IMG/VR virus record: IMGVR_UViG_3300034095_001732
Coordinates: 1-55,921 of that record
Strand: one strand, 5' to 3'
Length of the DNA stretch: 55,921 bases
Source of the DNA: a virus
Taxonomy: Duplodnaviria > Caudoviricetes
Below the pieces are notes generated by a model, which saw nothing but the letters and a program-made list of their open reading frames with translations, was not told where the DNA came from and did no database searches. Both the position numbers and the translations under genes were made by a program. Numbering within the stretch: the first letter of the stretch is position 1; every line of letters starts with the position of its first letter. Of this stretch, positions 18,301-28,549 are shown one piece after another.

Positions 18301-21300
18301 AAAGTCATCGATGGTGCTGCGGACGATCTTGGCCTGCGCCCGCAGTTCCTTGTTCAGGATCAGCATCGGGTTGGCTTGGTTGGCCAAGTAATCGCCCACT
18401 GCGGTCCAGTCGCCGGGCGTCCCGACCTTGCCCCGCATCTTTTCCAGCGCATCGAGGGCCTTGAGCGGCGTGTCCTTAACGGACTCCGCCAGCATCCGCT
18501 CGCCCTTGATGACGTCGTACAGTTCCCCCAATCCGGAACGGACGAAGATGGGCCAGTTGTCCATACCGCCCAGCAACTTCTGCGCCCCGGGCCCCATGAC
18601 TTTCACCGGGATACGGGCCTTGTAGAGCCCGTCGAACACCGCGTTGCGGAGTTTGGTGTTGGCCACGCCTGCGCCCAACGCACCCCACATGAACCCGTTG
18701 ATGATACGGTCCATGGTCGAGGCGCTGCTGTCCTTGTTGTAGCCGTAGGCAAACCCGATCGCGCTGCCAATGGAACTTTCACCAAGGGCGCTGAGCAGGG
18801 ACAGGTTGATAGCTCCACGCCGAGCGCGACTCATTGACCGATCAGTGCGGACGTCATCTGCCGCAGCAGCTTGACGCTTGACCGCGTCCTCAAACTGCAG
18901 CGGCGGGATCTGGTTGCGGATTTCCGAGTAGTTGCCCTCGACCTTCGGGGCACCCGTCACCCCGTCAGGATCGCGTACCATGTACACGATGTCCGGACGA
19001 CCGAGCCGCTTGTACGACCAGCCCTTCGGGGCGAAGTCGGGGTTGAACGCCACGCGGGCCACCGGGCGGAAGCCCAGCTTCCCATACTTGTTGATCAGGA
19101 AACCATTGCCGGTGTCGTACGCGTCGAGCTTGATCGCCCGCTCCGCCGCTTGCTTGAGCAGTGGATCGACATCCGCCTTGGAGCCCGGCGCCTTGAACAC
19201 GCTGACCAGATCCCCGTCAGGGGTGACGCCCACGCCGGCGCTCTTGTCAGGCGCGAGGTAGAACTTGAACCCCCGTTCAGCGTACTCCTCCGCCGTCTTG
19301 ATCGTTACCGCTTTTCCGTACGGGTGCTTCTTTGCGGCGGCTGTGATGGCGTCTCGGAAATCTCGTCGGGCAATAGCATCAGGGAGCCAGCGGCCTTTTG
19401 CATCAGCTCTCTCGGCCCTAAACTGCTCAAGGAGTTGGGGAGAGTGTTCAGCGAACGCGGGTTCGAGGTATTCTGACGCGTACCGCTTACGAAGATCCAC
19501 GAGTTGGGAAACTCGCGTTCCGCCTCCTGCGCGGACAATGTTCTGAAGGTAGACTTCGCCATTGGGGGATTTGTTCCAGTCATTGGTGCTCGACTTGATG
19601 GTTGAGGGTACATCCCGCACGTCAAGCGGGAGGTCCGGGTTGCCCTTTGTCCACTCCTCCAACCGGATGGTCAGAGCTTTGGCCTTCTCGGCGCTGAAGG
19701 AACGGGGCGTAAACTTCCGATCCGCATCGGTGACGAGAATCATGTTCCCGTCTCCGGGCGACCGCATCACCGAATAGCCTTCCAGCTTGGCCTCGCCGGT
19801 GATCCGGTTGAGGTCCGCGTCCGAAAGCTTCTGGCCATCGGCCCGCTTGATGATGACAGCGCGCTTGTTCTCACCGCCGACGACGGCACGCCAGCTCATC
19901 GTGGCCTGCTGGTCCGTGACGTACGCCAGCGCATCCCGCAGGATTGTGGTGGCGGCGTCGCTACCCAACACCTCGATCGAGGTCATCGGGCTCACCTCGC
20001 CGGCGAACCGACCCTGACCCTCGCTGATGTTCACCAGCTTCAACGACCCGCCGACCGCCCTCACTAGGTCGGGCACTAGCTTGTTCAGCACGTCGGTGGT
20101 GATCTTGCGCTGAGCCGCGGGCTCCAGATCGCCCCACGCCGGGAACTCGAACGGCAGGATGGACCCGCTGCTGTAGTTCACCTCTGCCGGGATGCGGCGG
20201 ATGTTGGACTCGAACGCTTCCTGCACCGTCTGGCCAGCGCGACCGTACTGCTTCAGGGTCCGCATCCACCCCACCGCTTGGAACTCGATCGGAGTCCAGT
20301 CGGTGATGCCCGCGAACCCGACGAGGTTCATGCGCCGGGCGCCATCGTTCATCCACTTGGATACGCCCTCGTACTGGGTGCCGCTGGGGGACGAGGTGAG
20401 ATCGACCTCCAACGGAACCGGCTCCGGCATGGACGCCGTCTTGTACGTCATCTCCAGCGGAACCCGGCGGCGTTCGGCACCCTCCTTGATGGTCTTGAAC
20501 TCGGAGACCTCCAGCTTCACGGGCTCGCCGTCGAGGTAGAGGTTGCCGCTCTCGGCCATATCGTAGAGCCGCGACAGCGTCTGATGGTCCACGTGGCCGG
20601 AGTCACGTCCAGACCACACGTCGGCCACAGCCGGCTGCCCCATCGCCGGATCATCCCCGTGGAACGTGCGCGTGTTCTTGAGCTGACCGGAGTCAACGAA
20701 GTCCAGCAGCTTGCGGCTCAGGCCCGCAGCGGTGCCCTCGGCCATCTCGCCCGACAGGACCGCCATCAGCTTCTTGTGGGCCAGACCACCCTTCTTGCCC
20801 AAGCCGATCCCGGCCAGCATGTCCTTGACGTTAGAGATGTTCCCGATCCCGCCGCTGGGCGAGACGTTCTGCTGGGACATCAGCCACAGCAGCAGCTCCC
20901 GCGGCATGTCGTCGCCGTAGATGTCGCGGAACATCTGGTTCGCCTCCCGATACCAGAGGCGAGCGTCGGCGATCTCCTTCGGGCTCATCCACGCCTTCGT
21001 CTCCTCCATCCACGCGTCGTAGGACTTGCCGCCATCGCCAGTGGTGGCACCCACGGTGATGGGCTTGGTCTTCCCATTGGTGTCCGGCTTGGTGGTGAAC
21101 GTGACCTCGGGGTTCTTGGCGACACCCGTGCCCTGACGCATCGCCAAGAAGAGGCGACGGTTCTCGGCCGCATCACCCACCGCCTGCTGGATCAACTCAG
21201 CGGGGGTGATCTTGGTCGTGGGCTTTACGCGTCGGCGTCCGGCAAGGATGCCGGGGACGTCCTCGTTGTGCAGATACTTCCAGAGCTTGCGGAGGTGCGG

Positions 21301-24300
21301 GCGGATCTCCTCGCCCAGCTCCTTGAGCATCCCGGCCGACCAACGACCAAACGTGGTGGCCCCACGCCCCATGATGAAGGCGCCCTTGACGGCATTGGCC
21401 GCCACCCACTTGGGGTCGAGGAAGGGGTTGGCTGATACCCGCCCTTGGTAATCCTTGAGGGTCTTGTCCGCCCAGTCCTCGACTCGGGAGACCATCCCCT
21501 TTTTCATCGCGGCGTCTCGCAGCTTCTTGGCTCGGGCAATGAACGCGTTCTCCCGGGCGATAAGATCCCGCCAATACGCTTCCTTATCAGTAAGGCTCTG
21601 GATGGCATCTGCCTTGGTCCCCCCCGCGGACAAGACCCGCCGGGAGTGATGGCCCGGGCCATCCAAGTACCACCAGCGATCCTCTGGGTCACGGAAGATG
21701 CGGTACTTGTTGGGCCCCAGCTGGACATCCCAACCACCGACGGTCGGATCCTTGACCTTGGTGATCGTCGGAGGGGCACTCTTCACCGCCTCCAGTTCCG
21801 CTTTGGCTTCCACCACCCGCGTCTTGTGCTCCTCGGGAGTGATCTCGCGGGTGGCCTTGAGTTCATCCAGATACTCAATGCGGCTCTGGATCTGCTCCGC
21901 CTTCTCTTGAACCTTGATGGAGTCGGTACGAACTTCCGGGGTCTTGGTGCGAACTTTGGCCGGCTCTGCACGAGACTGGACCGCCTCAAGTTCCTGCTTG
22001 GCGTCGATCTTCTTATCGCCCGCGGCTAGGAACTCCTTGGTCGCATCATCGCGAAGTTTCTCCAGCCTAGCGATTTCCTTCTTGCTCGTCTTGCCCGCCT
22101 TGGCCTTGACCAACATCTCCTTGAAGGCAGCCATCGAAAGCGCGGCTACATACTCATCCTTTTCGGCGGCCCCCAAAGCAGCCTGTTTGGTACGAACTTC
22201 CGGGCTTTCAGCACGAACTACGGAAGTTTCGGTACGAACCACTTCAGGACGGCGTGCCTTCACGACCGCTTTCGGTTTAGGCGCCGCTGCCGCCGCAATG
22301 TCCACGTTGGGGACCACCATCTCGCCTTCGCTGGTGGCCACGCGGGAGAAGCCGGCACTGTCCGGCACCCGGCCGAGGAACGTGGCCGGCACCGGGGTCT
22401 CTGCCTCGGGCAAACGGACGGTAACCGGGGCGTTCTCGGGTAGTTGCTGCACCACCTCCAGCGCCGTGGATTTGCGGTCTAGCTCCACGAGACGGCTGAT
22501 CTGCTGGTCGTAAAGCGCCTGTTCCTGCGGGGTACGCACGACTTCCCGCGGGTCTTGGTACTTGCGCGGGTCCACCGGGGCGCCGCGTTCATTGACGAAC
22601 ACCGGGTTGCCCACCTCATCCACCAAACCTGAATCGTAGATGAGTGGTTCCAGCTCGATCATCCGCGGGCTCTTGGGCAGCGGGACCAACGGCTCGGGCG
22701 CGGGGGCAGCCTTCTCCAGCACTGGCACTTCGCCTGCCACCACTCCGGCCTTCTTTGCAGGAGGGATAACTACATACTCCCTACCCCACTTGGACGTGAA
22801 CGACAGCCCGTCGTATCCTTGAGCCCTCGCTGCGCGGATCAGGCCGTCCATACCTGCGTCCCGGGCCAAACCCAACTTGCTCTTGGCCTGTATCCACGTA
22901 TCCGCCTCCAACAAATTGTTGAAGGTCACATCCTGCTCGGTGACCTTGCCCGTCTTCCCGGCATAGGCTTCGGCGACTTTCCGATCGGGGGACATGAACA
23001 ACGCATCCCCAACCGTCGGAGCCCCTTCCCATTCAGGCTTCGTACCCCGATAGAGCTTTATCGACCCTTGACCCACCATCTCAGGCGTCAGCTCCTCGAA
23101 GCCCTTGAGCGCCGTGGCCTTCCGCACCTGCTGCGCCGCCGGCACATTCTGCGGCAGCGGCTTGACCGTGTCGAGGATGGCCTGCCGCGTGAGCGAGTAC
23201 TCACGGGGGTCCGTGATGTTCGCCATCATCACCGCCTGATCGCGCTTCAGCACGATACCATCTTCGCGGAAAGTCTCGGTGATGCGCTTTACCCGCTCGT
23301 TAAACTCCTTGGTCCGGGCAACGGAACGGACGTTGGCCTCCGCCAGCTCATCGCGAGGCGGCGGCACACGGATCGTCTCACCGGACGGGATAGCGGTGCG
23401 GACGAACTCCTCAACGGGGGGACGCGCAGCTGGCAGTTCCAGCGGGGGGCGAACCGCCACTGTCTCGCTGGACGGGATGACCGTGCGGATGAACTCCCCT
23501 TCCGGAGTCCGGGCAGTGTCGATCTGGGGCAGCCCTTCCGGCAACGCGAGGGGACGCCGCATCATCGCGGAGTAATCCTCGTCGGTCATCTGCGCGGCTT
23601 TGACGCGATTGCGAACCGCGTCCCACTCATTGTCCGAGACCACGCGATCCGCGTCGGAGATCCGCGTACCAGTTGCCCTGAAGGCATCGACCGCGCCCAA
23701 CCCGGCAAACGCGGCCAAGAACGTGCTGGCCGTAGCACCTGCGACGTTGCCCGCCGTGGGGTCAGCCACCGCCTCGTTGATGGCCTTGACCGCCTCCACC
23801 ACCGCCGGCGTCGCCGCGGTAACTTGGACGCCAAGATCAACACCGCGGACAGTCTTCTCAAACGGGTCGGAGACCCTCCTTAGCCTCCTCGCCGCCGTAA
23901 CCGCAGGACCGATGACACCGCCCGTCGCCACCGACGCCATGTCGATGGGGGAGCTGACGGCCTCACCGACTTTGAGTGCAACCAGCTTGGCCGTTTCGCG
24001 GCTCAGTTCGTCGGGCAGAGCCTGCGACCGCATGATGCCGAGCATCGGGTCCACCACGACATCCTCCTCGGCCGGAGCCGGGGGCCTCGCCAGTATCTCG
24101 TCGATCTTTGCCTCCTGCTTTTTGACCGCATCCCGGACGAACTGCGGCGAAGTGGTGAGCCAGTCGTAGGCGGGCTTGATGTACTTCTCCCCCGCGGTCT
24201 CCGCCGCTTGAGCCAGTGCCGCCTGCGTTTTATCCGGCAGGAACGCCCCAAGAACACGTTCGTACATCCCCGGCTCGGTGGACTCATACACCACCGGCTC

Positions 24301-24522
24301 CAGCTTGATGGGGATGTTGGCCTTGGTCGCCTCGATGTCCGTGTATGGCCCCACCTCCGGGGGCTGGAAGCCTTCCGGCAACTCCATCGCCTGCCCCACA
24401 ATGGACTCAAACTCCTGCGCCGCCGCCTGCTCCGGAGTGATCTCCGCCGGAGAGGTGAACAAGGGCCTCTCGCCCTCTTGCTCGGTCAACGGCTCTAGGG
24501 TGATCTTGATGGGTTGAGCCAT
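15385..24522 (-). CDS. Large polyvalent virion ejection protein (3045 aa) with ADP-ribosyltransferase-like, glycosylase-like and GNAT-like domains
   Basis: End of the virion operon. LYRGT...FMSPDRKVAEAYA...GYDGL...EYVV (ART); WY...SQQNVSP...ADVW...QAVGW; DGDLVSVF...LDAYD...YGKLGF (GNAT). Confidence 0.8.
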   Translation of the reverse strand: MAQPIKITLEPLTEQEGERPLFTSPAEITPEQAAAQEFESIVGQAMELPEGFQPPEVGPYTDIEATKANIPIKLEPVVYESTEPGMYERVLGAFLPDKTQAALAQAAETAGEKYIKPAYDWLTTSPQFVRDAVKKQEAKIDEILARPPAPAEEDVVVDPMLGIMRSQALPDELSRETAKLVALKVGEAVSSPIDMASVATGGVIGPAVTAARRLRRVSDPFEKTVRGVDLGVQVTAATPAVVEAVKAINEAVADPTAGNVAGATASTFLAAFAGLGAVDAFRATGTRISDADRVVSDNEWDAVRNRVKAAQMTDEDYSAMMRRPLALPEGLPQIDTARTPEGEFIRTVIPSSETVAVRPPLELPAARPPVEEFVRTAIPSGETIRVPPPRDELAEANVRSVARTKEFNERVKRITETFREDGIVLKRDQAVMMANITDPREYSLTRQAILDTVKPLPQNVPAAQQVRKATALKGFEELTPEMVGQGSIKLYRGTKPEWEGAPTVGDALFMSPDRKVAEAYAGKTGKVTEQDVTFNNLLEADTWIQAKSKLGLARDAGMDGLIRAARAQGYDGLSFTSKWGREYVVIPPAKKAGVVAGEVPVLEKAAPAPEPLVPLPKSPRMIELEPLIYDSGLVDEVGNPVFVNERGAPVDPRKYQDPREVVRTPQEQALYDQQISRLVELDRKSTALEVVQQLPENAPVTVRLPEAETPVPATFLGRVPDSAGFSRVATSEGEMVVPNVDIAAAAAPKPKAVVKARRPEVVRTETSVVRAESPEVRTKQAALGAAEKDEYVAALSMAAFKEMLVKAKAGKTSKKEIARLEKLRDDATKEFLAAGDKKIDAKQELEAVQSRAEPAKVRTKTPEVRTDSIKVQEKAEQIQSRIEYLDELKATREITPEEHKTRVVEAKAELEAVKSAPPTITKVKDPTVGGWDVQLGPNKYRIFRDPEDRWWYLDGPGHHSRRVLSAGGTKADAIQSLTDKEAYWRDLIARENAFIARAKKLRDAAMKKGMVSRVEDWADKTLKDYQGRVSANPFLDPKWVAANAVKGAFIMGRGATTFGRWSAGMLKELGEEIRPHLRKLWKYLHNEDVPGILAGRRRVKPTTKITPAELIQQAVGDAAENRRLFLAMRQGTGVAKNPEVTFTTKPDTNGKTKPITVGATTGDGGKSYDAWMEETKAWMSPKEIADARLWYREANQMFRDIYGDDMPRELLLWLMSQQNVSPSGGIGNISNVKDMLAGIGLGKKGGLAHKKLMAVLSGEMAEGTAAGLSRKLLDFVDSGQLKNTRTFHGDDPAMGQPAVADVWSGRDSGHVDHQTLSRLYDMAESGNLYLDGEPVKLEVSEFKTIKEGAERRRVPLEMTYKTASMPEPVPLEVDLTSSPSGTQYEGVSKWMNDGARRMNLVGFAGITDWTPIEFQAVGWMRTLKQYGRAGQTVQEAFESNIRRIPAEVNYSSGSILPFEFPAWGDLEPAAQRKITTDVLNKLVPDLVRAVGGSLKLVNISEGQGRFAGEVSPMTSIEVLGSDAATTILRDALAYVTDQQATMSWRAVVGGENKRAVIIKRADGQKLSDADLNRITGEAKLEGYSVMRSPGDGNMILVTDADRKFTPRSFSAEKAKALTIRLEEWTKGNPDLPLDVRDVPSTIKSSTNDWNKSPNGEVYLQNIVRAGGGTRVSQLVDLRKRYASEYLEPAFAEHSPQLLEQFRAERADAKGRWLPDAIARRDFRDAITAAAKKHPYGKAVTIKTAEEYAERGFKFYLAPDKSAGVGVTPDGDLVSVFKAPGSKADVDPLLKQAAERAIKLDAYDTGNGFLINKYGKLGFRPVARVAFNPDFAPKGWSYKRLGRPDIVYMVRDPDGVTGAPKVEGNYSEIRNQIPPLQFEDAVKRQAAAADDVRTDRSMSRARRGAINLSLLSALGESSIGSAIGFAYGYNKDSSASTMDRIINGFMWGALGAGVANTKLRNAVFDGLYKARIPVKVMGPGAQKLLGGMDNWPIFVRSGLGELYDVIKGERMLAESVKDTPLKALDALEKMRGKVGTPGDWTAVGDYLANQANPMLILNKELRAQAKIVRSTIDDFSRNLVALGIATPGSDLHDTIYNNLGKYLTRTYKIFTDPNFEYDPANVVRAATEYATQLKLEGDTRPFADLVNEGQAQAAYQMAKVKGTGMEPARSFAQGNGIARVDGSLLKPRKELSEAWAEMLGIEKDPIRAAAITVDRMADMIAARATQFKIAEVGLELGLLSRRFSKQHSIPMTSEKGPPIFSDPSAPLLPRDVSRNPLDGLFTTPEVRDAMFTLRAYQTTSAPLRALAFSTAAVKIGKTALHPISVAPNFLSAASQPLVQGHLIQGIFHPGIYRDAFSISFNTPFPSNAAKIRADIPMLIREGILKQDVNLNDLVETAQAAGYTDVGNKLVTWFPKTMAIPKAVIKGALWTYGKVEEFPRLISFYAEVGRYSHALFGKPFEDLVPEEAALVYRKAIDVTKRVYPNSQMVPEVVKKFSTVGALEPFVAYKWSIFQTTIETVKTVNTDIDEGRRTGNPRMIKAGVARLTGLIGALYGAYWLNEAYNQLNGVSGEQDKALRRRLPDWDRTGMLVVPTLTPDEVAYANQSYLLPQSMISAAIKAGLEGVTPAQAGAAFIKETAGSMVSDGGLILKPVMEAVTGYNEYGRRIYPRDGGKYVDVSEIQADAIRNAATGGQNLVVGTMHVLKSTAPGFMTEGMKWYKSARDEVGPDGQVYKPSDLGARLLGVRLQRINLPLQFERQAGELFSRINEARTEFGRARNRKDATPESIETAYQMSEQSRKIVYRDLVQYLDDAKLLSQDREATIRMLQKAGVPSDFLLGAINKIYVPGTKEKDVSARDQFEALKRLPEAEQDAERLRLQSEDPRLKKQFQALEREKRAGITSEVRMIRNIDEEDGKRARFIAQLILNAGDAKAQGLKQEELRSFGLLSGETGRWLYTNPELKAKTWAEARVLLETGKNPNYLPLPTSSVEQAPAPVAPPARPKPAAPPAQPAPQNDVFRDDQGRLWRQLPNGKYERVTQPAPVPAGR

Positions 24523-24531
24523 GAGAAAGGG

Positions 24532-25767
24532 TTACTCGGGACCGCTGACGCGCATCGGCACACCTCCCACGTACACGATCTTGCCGATCAAGCTGGGATT
24601 GTCGTTGACCGCGGCCTGCACCTCCTCGGCGCTGTTGAACTTCGGCGCGGTCTTGAGCAGGAAGTCCATGTTGATCGGTCCGCGGCTGGCCGTGCCAGTG
24701 CCGCTGACCCGCGTCAGCTTGGCGGGATCGGGCTGTTCCTCCTCAGTTGCAGCCCCCTCAGTTGCAGCCCCCTCAGTTGCAGCCCCCGTATCGACGGCCG
24801 CAGTATCGCCCGCTCCGGGGCCCCCCTTGCTGTAATAGTCGTACAGCGCCGGATTCATCCCACCATCGTAGGTGCTCTGGTCGCCGGTTTTCGGGTCGGT
24901 CTTGGTGATGCGGATGCTGACCGGAAGACCGCTCTTCGGATCCACATAGCCTCTGCTCGACCCTCCCCAAACCGTCGATATCTTTTTCCCGGCGACAGTA
25001 ACCTCGCCCGCGGGAACCGGGGGCTGCTTCTGGCCCGCCTTGATAAGCTCCTGCAGCCGGTCGTTCTCAGCCTTGAGGTCCGCGACCATCTTGCGGTTGG
25101 TGATGTCTTGCTGCTGAAGGTCCAAGGCGCGGTTACCCTGCGTCATCTTAATGAAGCTCGCAGCATCCATCCCAAGCTCGCCGGCCTGACGCGCCGCCTT
25201 CAGCATCTCGTTACCCTTGAGCTGTTGGTAACGCTCCGCCTGCTCGATAGTGAACGGGGCATCACTTTGCTCCAGCTGCTCAAATTGCTCTAGCTCTTTG
25301 ACGCCCTTGATGAACCGCTCTGCCTGCTGGGCTTCACGAAGACGATCGGCGGTCGCCGCTTCAGTCGCCTGTTTCTGCGCCAATGCGCTGACCGCCAGCG
25401 CGTCGGTGTACTTGCGTTGGGTCTCGGCCTGCTGCATGTCACGCGTCATCTTCGACGTCGTGATCGCCTGCTCAAGGAATCCGCCCAACCGAAGGTAGCG
25501 TTCCTTCGGGCTCTCGCTGGGGTTGACCTTGAGGAACGCGTCGATCGCCTCGGGGGTCGTGCCGAACTCCGCGGCCTTCGGCTTGATGAAGGTACCCAGC
25601 GCCTGCTCGGTCACCTTGAGCTTGGCGTTGAACTCCTTGTCCTGCTCCTGCCGCTTGTAGCCCTCATCCACGAACTGGTTGACGGCGCCAGCGATGCCAC
25701 GCGCCTGATCCATCATCCCCTGATAGAGGATGCGACCGGCTTCTCGGTTGGGTGCGACAAAGGCCAT
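24532..25767 (-). CDS. Putative internal virion/ejection protein
   Basis: Helical, Ala/Gln-rich; directly upstream of the giant protein. Confidence 0.65.
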   Translation of the reverse strand: MAFVAPNREAGRILYQGMMDQARGIAGAVNQFVDEGYKRQEQDKEFNAKLKVTEQALGTFIKPKAAEFGTTPEAIDAFLKVNPSESPKERYLRLGGFLEQAITTSKMTRDMQQAETQRKYTDALAVSALAQKQATEAATADRLREAQQAERFIKGVKELEQFEQLEQSDAPFTIEQAERYQQLKGNEMLKAARQAGELGMDAASFIKMTQGNRALDLQQQDITNRKMVADLKAENDRLQELIKAGQKQPPVPAGEVTVAGKKISTVWGGSSRGYVDPKSGLPVSIRITKTDPKTGDQSTYDGGMNPALYDYYSKGGPGAGDTAAVDTGAATEGAATEGAATEEEQPDPAKLTRVSGTGTASRGPINMDFLLKTAPKFNSAEEVQAAVNDNPSLIGKIVYVGGVPMRVSGPE

Positions 25768-25778
25768 GGGTAGAAGGA

Positions 25779-28547
25779 TTAAGACTTACCGCCGAAGATG
25801 TTCATCAGACCTTGGAAGAGACCGCCAAGCTGCTGCTGAGTGGTCTGAATGCCGTTCTTACTGAGGAAGTTTCCGAACGCATTCAAGAACTGAGCTTCCT
25901 GACCGCGAGCCGCTGCCTCCTTGTACGCCGCGAGGTTCTCCTTCGCCGCTTGGTACTCGTTGTAGGCGTTGACGTTGTAGTCGTACACCTGATTGGCGTA
26001 CTGGCTGTACGGGTTGAACGTACCCTGCAGCAGGTTGGCGATCGGGGCGAAGAGGTTACCCGTCTTCAGCTGCACCGCGTTCGCCACGTTCTGCATCGAC
26101 TGCTGGTAGTTGGCCCGCGCCTCGGCCTCGCGCTGCCGCGCCAAGGCATCGCGGCCAAGGATCTCAGCTCCCACAGCGCCGGGGGCGAACACTTGACCAC
26201 GGGCGGCGGCCGCCTCACGCGCCGCCTGCTGGGCATTGCGGATGTCCTCGGCCGAAAGCTCCCGACGCTCCGCGGCCTGCAGCGCAGTCAGATCCCGCTG
26301 CAGGCGGGAGGTCGCGGTGGGGTCGTACCCCGTGCCTGCCGGACCAGTCAGCGACGTGGGGGCAAACGCGTTGTACAGTTCCTTGTACATGTCCACGATC
26401 GGCTCCCTCAACTTTTCGAGGGCCTCGGAGGAGGTGCTGCCCTCCTTACCAAAGTCCCGCATGATCAGCTGATTCGGCTGCGGGAGAGTGAAGTTGTAAG
26501 TGCCAGTCAATGCAGTGCTCACGTTAGTGCCTGTTGTAGTTGATCCGCCTCCGCCGCCAGTAGGAATAATCGCGATGCCTCCGGGAGTGGTTGTCTCTCC
26601 ACCACCGCCACCGCCGCCGCCACCGCCGCCGCCACCGCCGCCGCCACCGCCGCCACCGCCGCCGCCAGCGCCGCCGCCAGTGCTAGCGCCGCCGCCAGTG
26701 CTAGCGCCGCCGCCAGTGCTAGCGCCGCCGCCAGTGCTAGCGCCACCGCCAGTGCCCGTACCAACAGAAGTGCCGGTGTTAGCACCAATGGTGTCATCGC
26801 CACCCCCAGAAGGAATCCTACCCCCGGTATTGACCACGACTCCGCCGGGCGTGCGCGTAACATTCTCAGGCGTTCCTCCGCCAGTGCTCGGAGTAGTGCC
26901 CGCACCCGGGGTAGTGCCGGTGCTTGGGGTAGTGCCGGTGCTTGGGGTAGTGCCGGTAGAGGGCCGGTTACCGCCAGTACCGGCCAATACCACCCCGCCG
27001 GGGGTGGTATTGACGCTCTCTGGCGATCCCCCGCCGGTACTCGGGGTGCCTGCACCCGTGCTCGCGCCTGCACCTGCACCCGTGCTCGCGCCTGCACCTG
27101 CACCCGTGCTCGCGCCTGCACCCGCGCCCGTGCTCGCACCTGCACCCGCGCCCGTGCTCGCACCTGCACCCGCGCCCGTGCTCGCACCTGCTCCTGCACC
27201 CGTGCTCGCGCCTGCACCCGCGCCCGTGCTCGCGCCTGCACCGGGGTTAAAAATGTTATTGTTCCCTCCGGGAGTAGCGCCGGTGCGAATATCGTTGGGA
27301 GTTCCCGTACCCGGGGTAGTGCCCGTACCTACGGGAACTTGCCCCTTGGGGCGCCAAACCCCAGCGGTCATAACGACTATCGACCCGTCGGGCATCCGCA
27401 TCTCGGAGCCTTCGGGGAAGTTTATTCTGGGCGAGGAAGTTGAAGGGGCGACATCCTCCATCCAGACCCCGTTTGAAGTGACGACTAGGCGGCCATCAGC
27501 AGACCGGGTTCCCGGCGGTAAACTCGTCCCATACCCAGCTCGCTGGTTCAGCGGGTCGTTGGGGTTGGCTGGAGTCCCGTAAATGTTGGCCGGGTATTCC
27601 CACACGCCTGTCGGGGAAACCTCCAACACGCCGTCAGGAGATTTAGTCCCGGGGGGCAACGAAGTCCGGTCCAGTCGCCTAGGAGGTTGCTGACCCCCAC
27701 CAGTAGCCGCACCACCAGTAGCCGCACCACCAGTAGCCGCACCACCAGTAGCCGCACCACCAGTAGCCGCACCACCAGTAGCCGCACCACCAGTGCTGCT
27801 TGAAGGCGCGCCACCGCCACCGATCGAGGAGCCACCACCAATGTTCAGATTGGCGATGTCTTCGCCAAGGTTCTTGCCGGTCTCAACGACCGTACCCACT
27901 GGATTGGAGATGATCCCGCCGACGTTCGTGGCTACTTGAACGGGATTGGGTATCCCACCGCCAAATATGTTTTCCAGATTACCCCGGTTCAGGATCAGGG
28001 TGCCGAGGATCGCGGCGGTGGGGTCAATCGGCAAAGGCAGCACGAGCGGCGGGCCACCTTGGTTTGCGGCGTTACGGGCGGCAACGCCGGCGGCCGTCCG
28101 CTGGACATCGTCATAGTCCTCGTAGACCGAATTGACGATCGACTGAATCTGAGAGTCGGGGAGATTCCCATACCCCCCAGCCCTCTGAACGCGACGTTGG
28201 ATTTCCTGATCGCGCCCTTCTGGGGTAAGCAGGATCTCCTTCAACTCATCCCACGTCGGCGTGCGCGTGTCGGGAGTAGTGGTGGTTCGCGGTGATCCGA
28301 CTGCCCCGGCCGTCGGAGTTATCTGCGGGATGGTAGGCGCCGTCGGCCGGGTAACCGGCGACGTGAACAGGTTGGGGGTGATGTAGAACCCCTCTTCTCC
28401 TGCGCCTTCGGGGCGGTACAATCCTGCATCCTCGTCGTTAGGCTCACTCCACCAAGCGTCGGGCCCGCGCCCACTCGACACCACGAACGGTGGAAGAACC
28501 ACCGGCGAGGAGTTGGCAGGGGTGATCGGTGGCGATACCTGCGGCAT
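25779..28547 (-). CDS. Gly/Thr-rich putative ejection (pilot-like) protein with tandem repeats
   Basis: Long low-complexity core with a helical Ala/Gln/Asn C-terminus; synteny. Confidence 0.65.
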   Translation of the reverse strand: MPQVSPPITPANSSPVVLPPFVVSSGRGPDAWWSEPNDEDAGLYRPEGAGEEGFYITPNLFTSPVTRPTAPTIPQITPTAGAVGSPRTTTTPDTRTPTWDELKEILLTPEGRDQEIQRRVQRAGGYGNLPDSQIQSIVNSVYEDYDDVQRTAAGVAARNAANQGGPPLVLPLPIDPTAAILGTLILNRGNLENIFGGGIPNPVQVATNVGGIISNPVGTVVETGKNLGEDIANLNIGGGSSIGGGGAPSSSTGGAATGGAATGGAATGGAATGGAATGGAATGGGQQPPRRLDRTSLPPGTKSPDGVLEVSPTGVWEYPANIYGTPANPNDPLNQRAGYGTSLPPGTRSADGRLVVTSNGVWMEDVAPSTSSPRINFPEGSEMRMPDGSIVVMTAGVWRPKGQVPVGTGTTPGTGTPNDIRTGATPGGNNNIFNPGAGASTGAGAGASTGAGAGASTGAGAGASTGAGAGASTGAGAGASTGAGAGASTGAGAGASTGAGTPSTGGGSPESVNTTPGGVVLAGTGGNRPSTGTTPSTGTTPSTGTTPGAGTTPSTGGGTPENVTRTPGGVVVNTGGRIPSGGGDDTIGANTGTSVGTGTGGGASTGGGASTGGGASTGGGASTGGGAGGGGGGGGGGGGGGGGGGGGGGGETTTPGGIAIIPTGGGGGSTTTGTNVSTALTGTYNFTLPQPNQLIMRDFGKEGSTSSEALEKLREPIVDMYKELYNAFAPTSLTGPAGTGYDPTATSRLQRDLTALQAAERRELSAEDIRNAQQAAREAAAARGQVFAPGAVGAEILGRDALARQREAEARANYQQSMQNVANAVQLKTGNLFAPIANLLQGTFNPYSQYANQVYDYNVNAYNEYQAAKENLAAYKEAAARGQEAQFLNAFGNFLSKNGIQTTQQQLGGLFQGLMNIFGGKS
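26599..26755 (-). repeat. Poly-Gly tract plus 18-bp GGGAST repeat (4 units)
   Basis: ccgccgcca run and gccgccgccagtgctagc units. Confidence 0.85.
27048..27243 (-). repeat. 24-bp coding tandem repeat (GAGASTGA, about 8 units)
   Basis: Repeated cctgcacccgtgctcgcg units. Confidence 0.9.
27698..27794 (-). repeat. 15-bp coding tandem repeat (TGGAA, about 6 units)
   Basis: Repeated caccagtagccgcac. Confidence 0.9.
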
Positions 28548-28549
28548 CG

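Noticed and set aside
15385-24522. N4-like or crAss-like virion RNA polymerase
   Set aside because: The size fits, but I found no convincing RNAP catalytic motifs; the recognisable domains are polyvalent-protein effectors.
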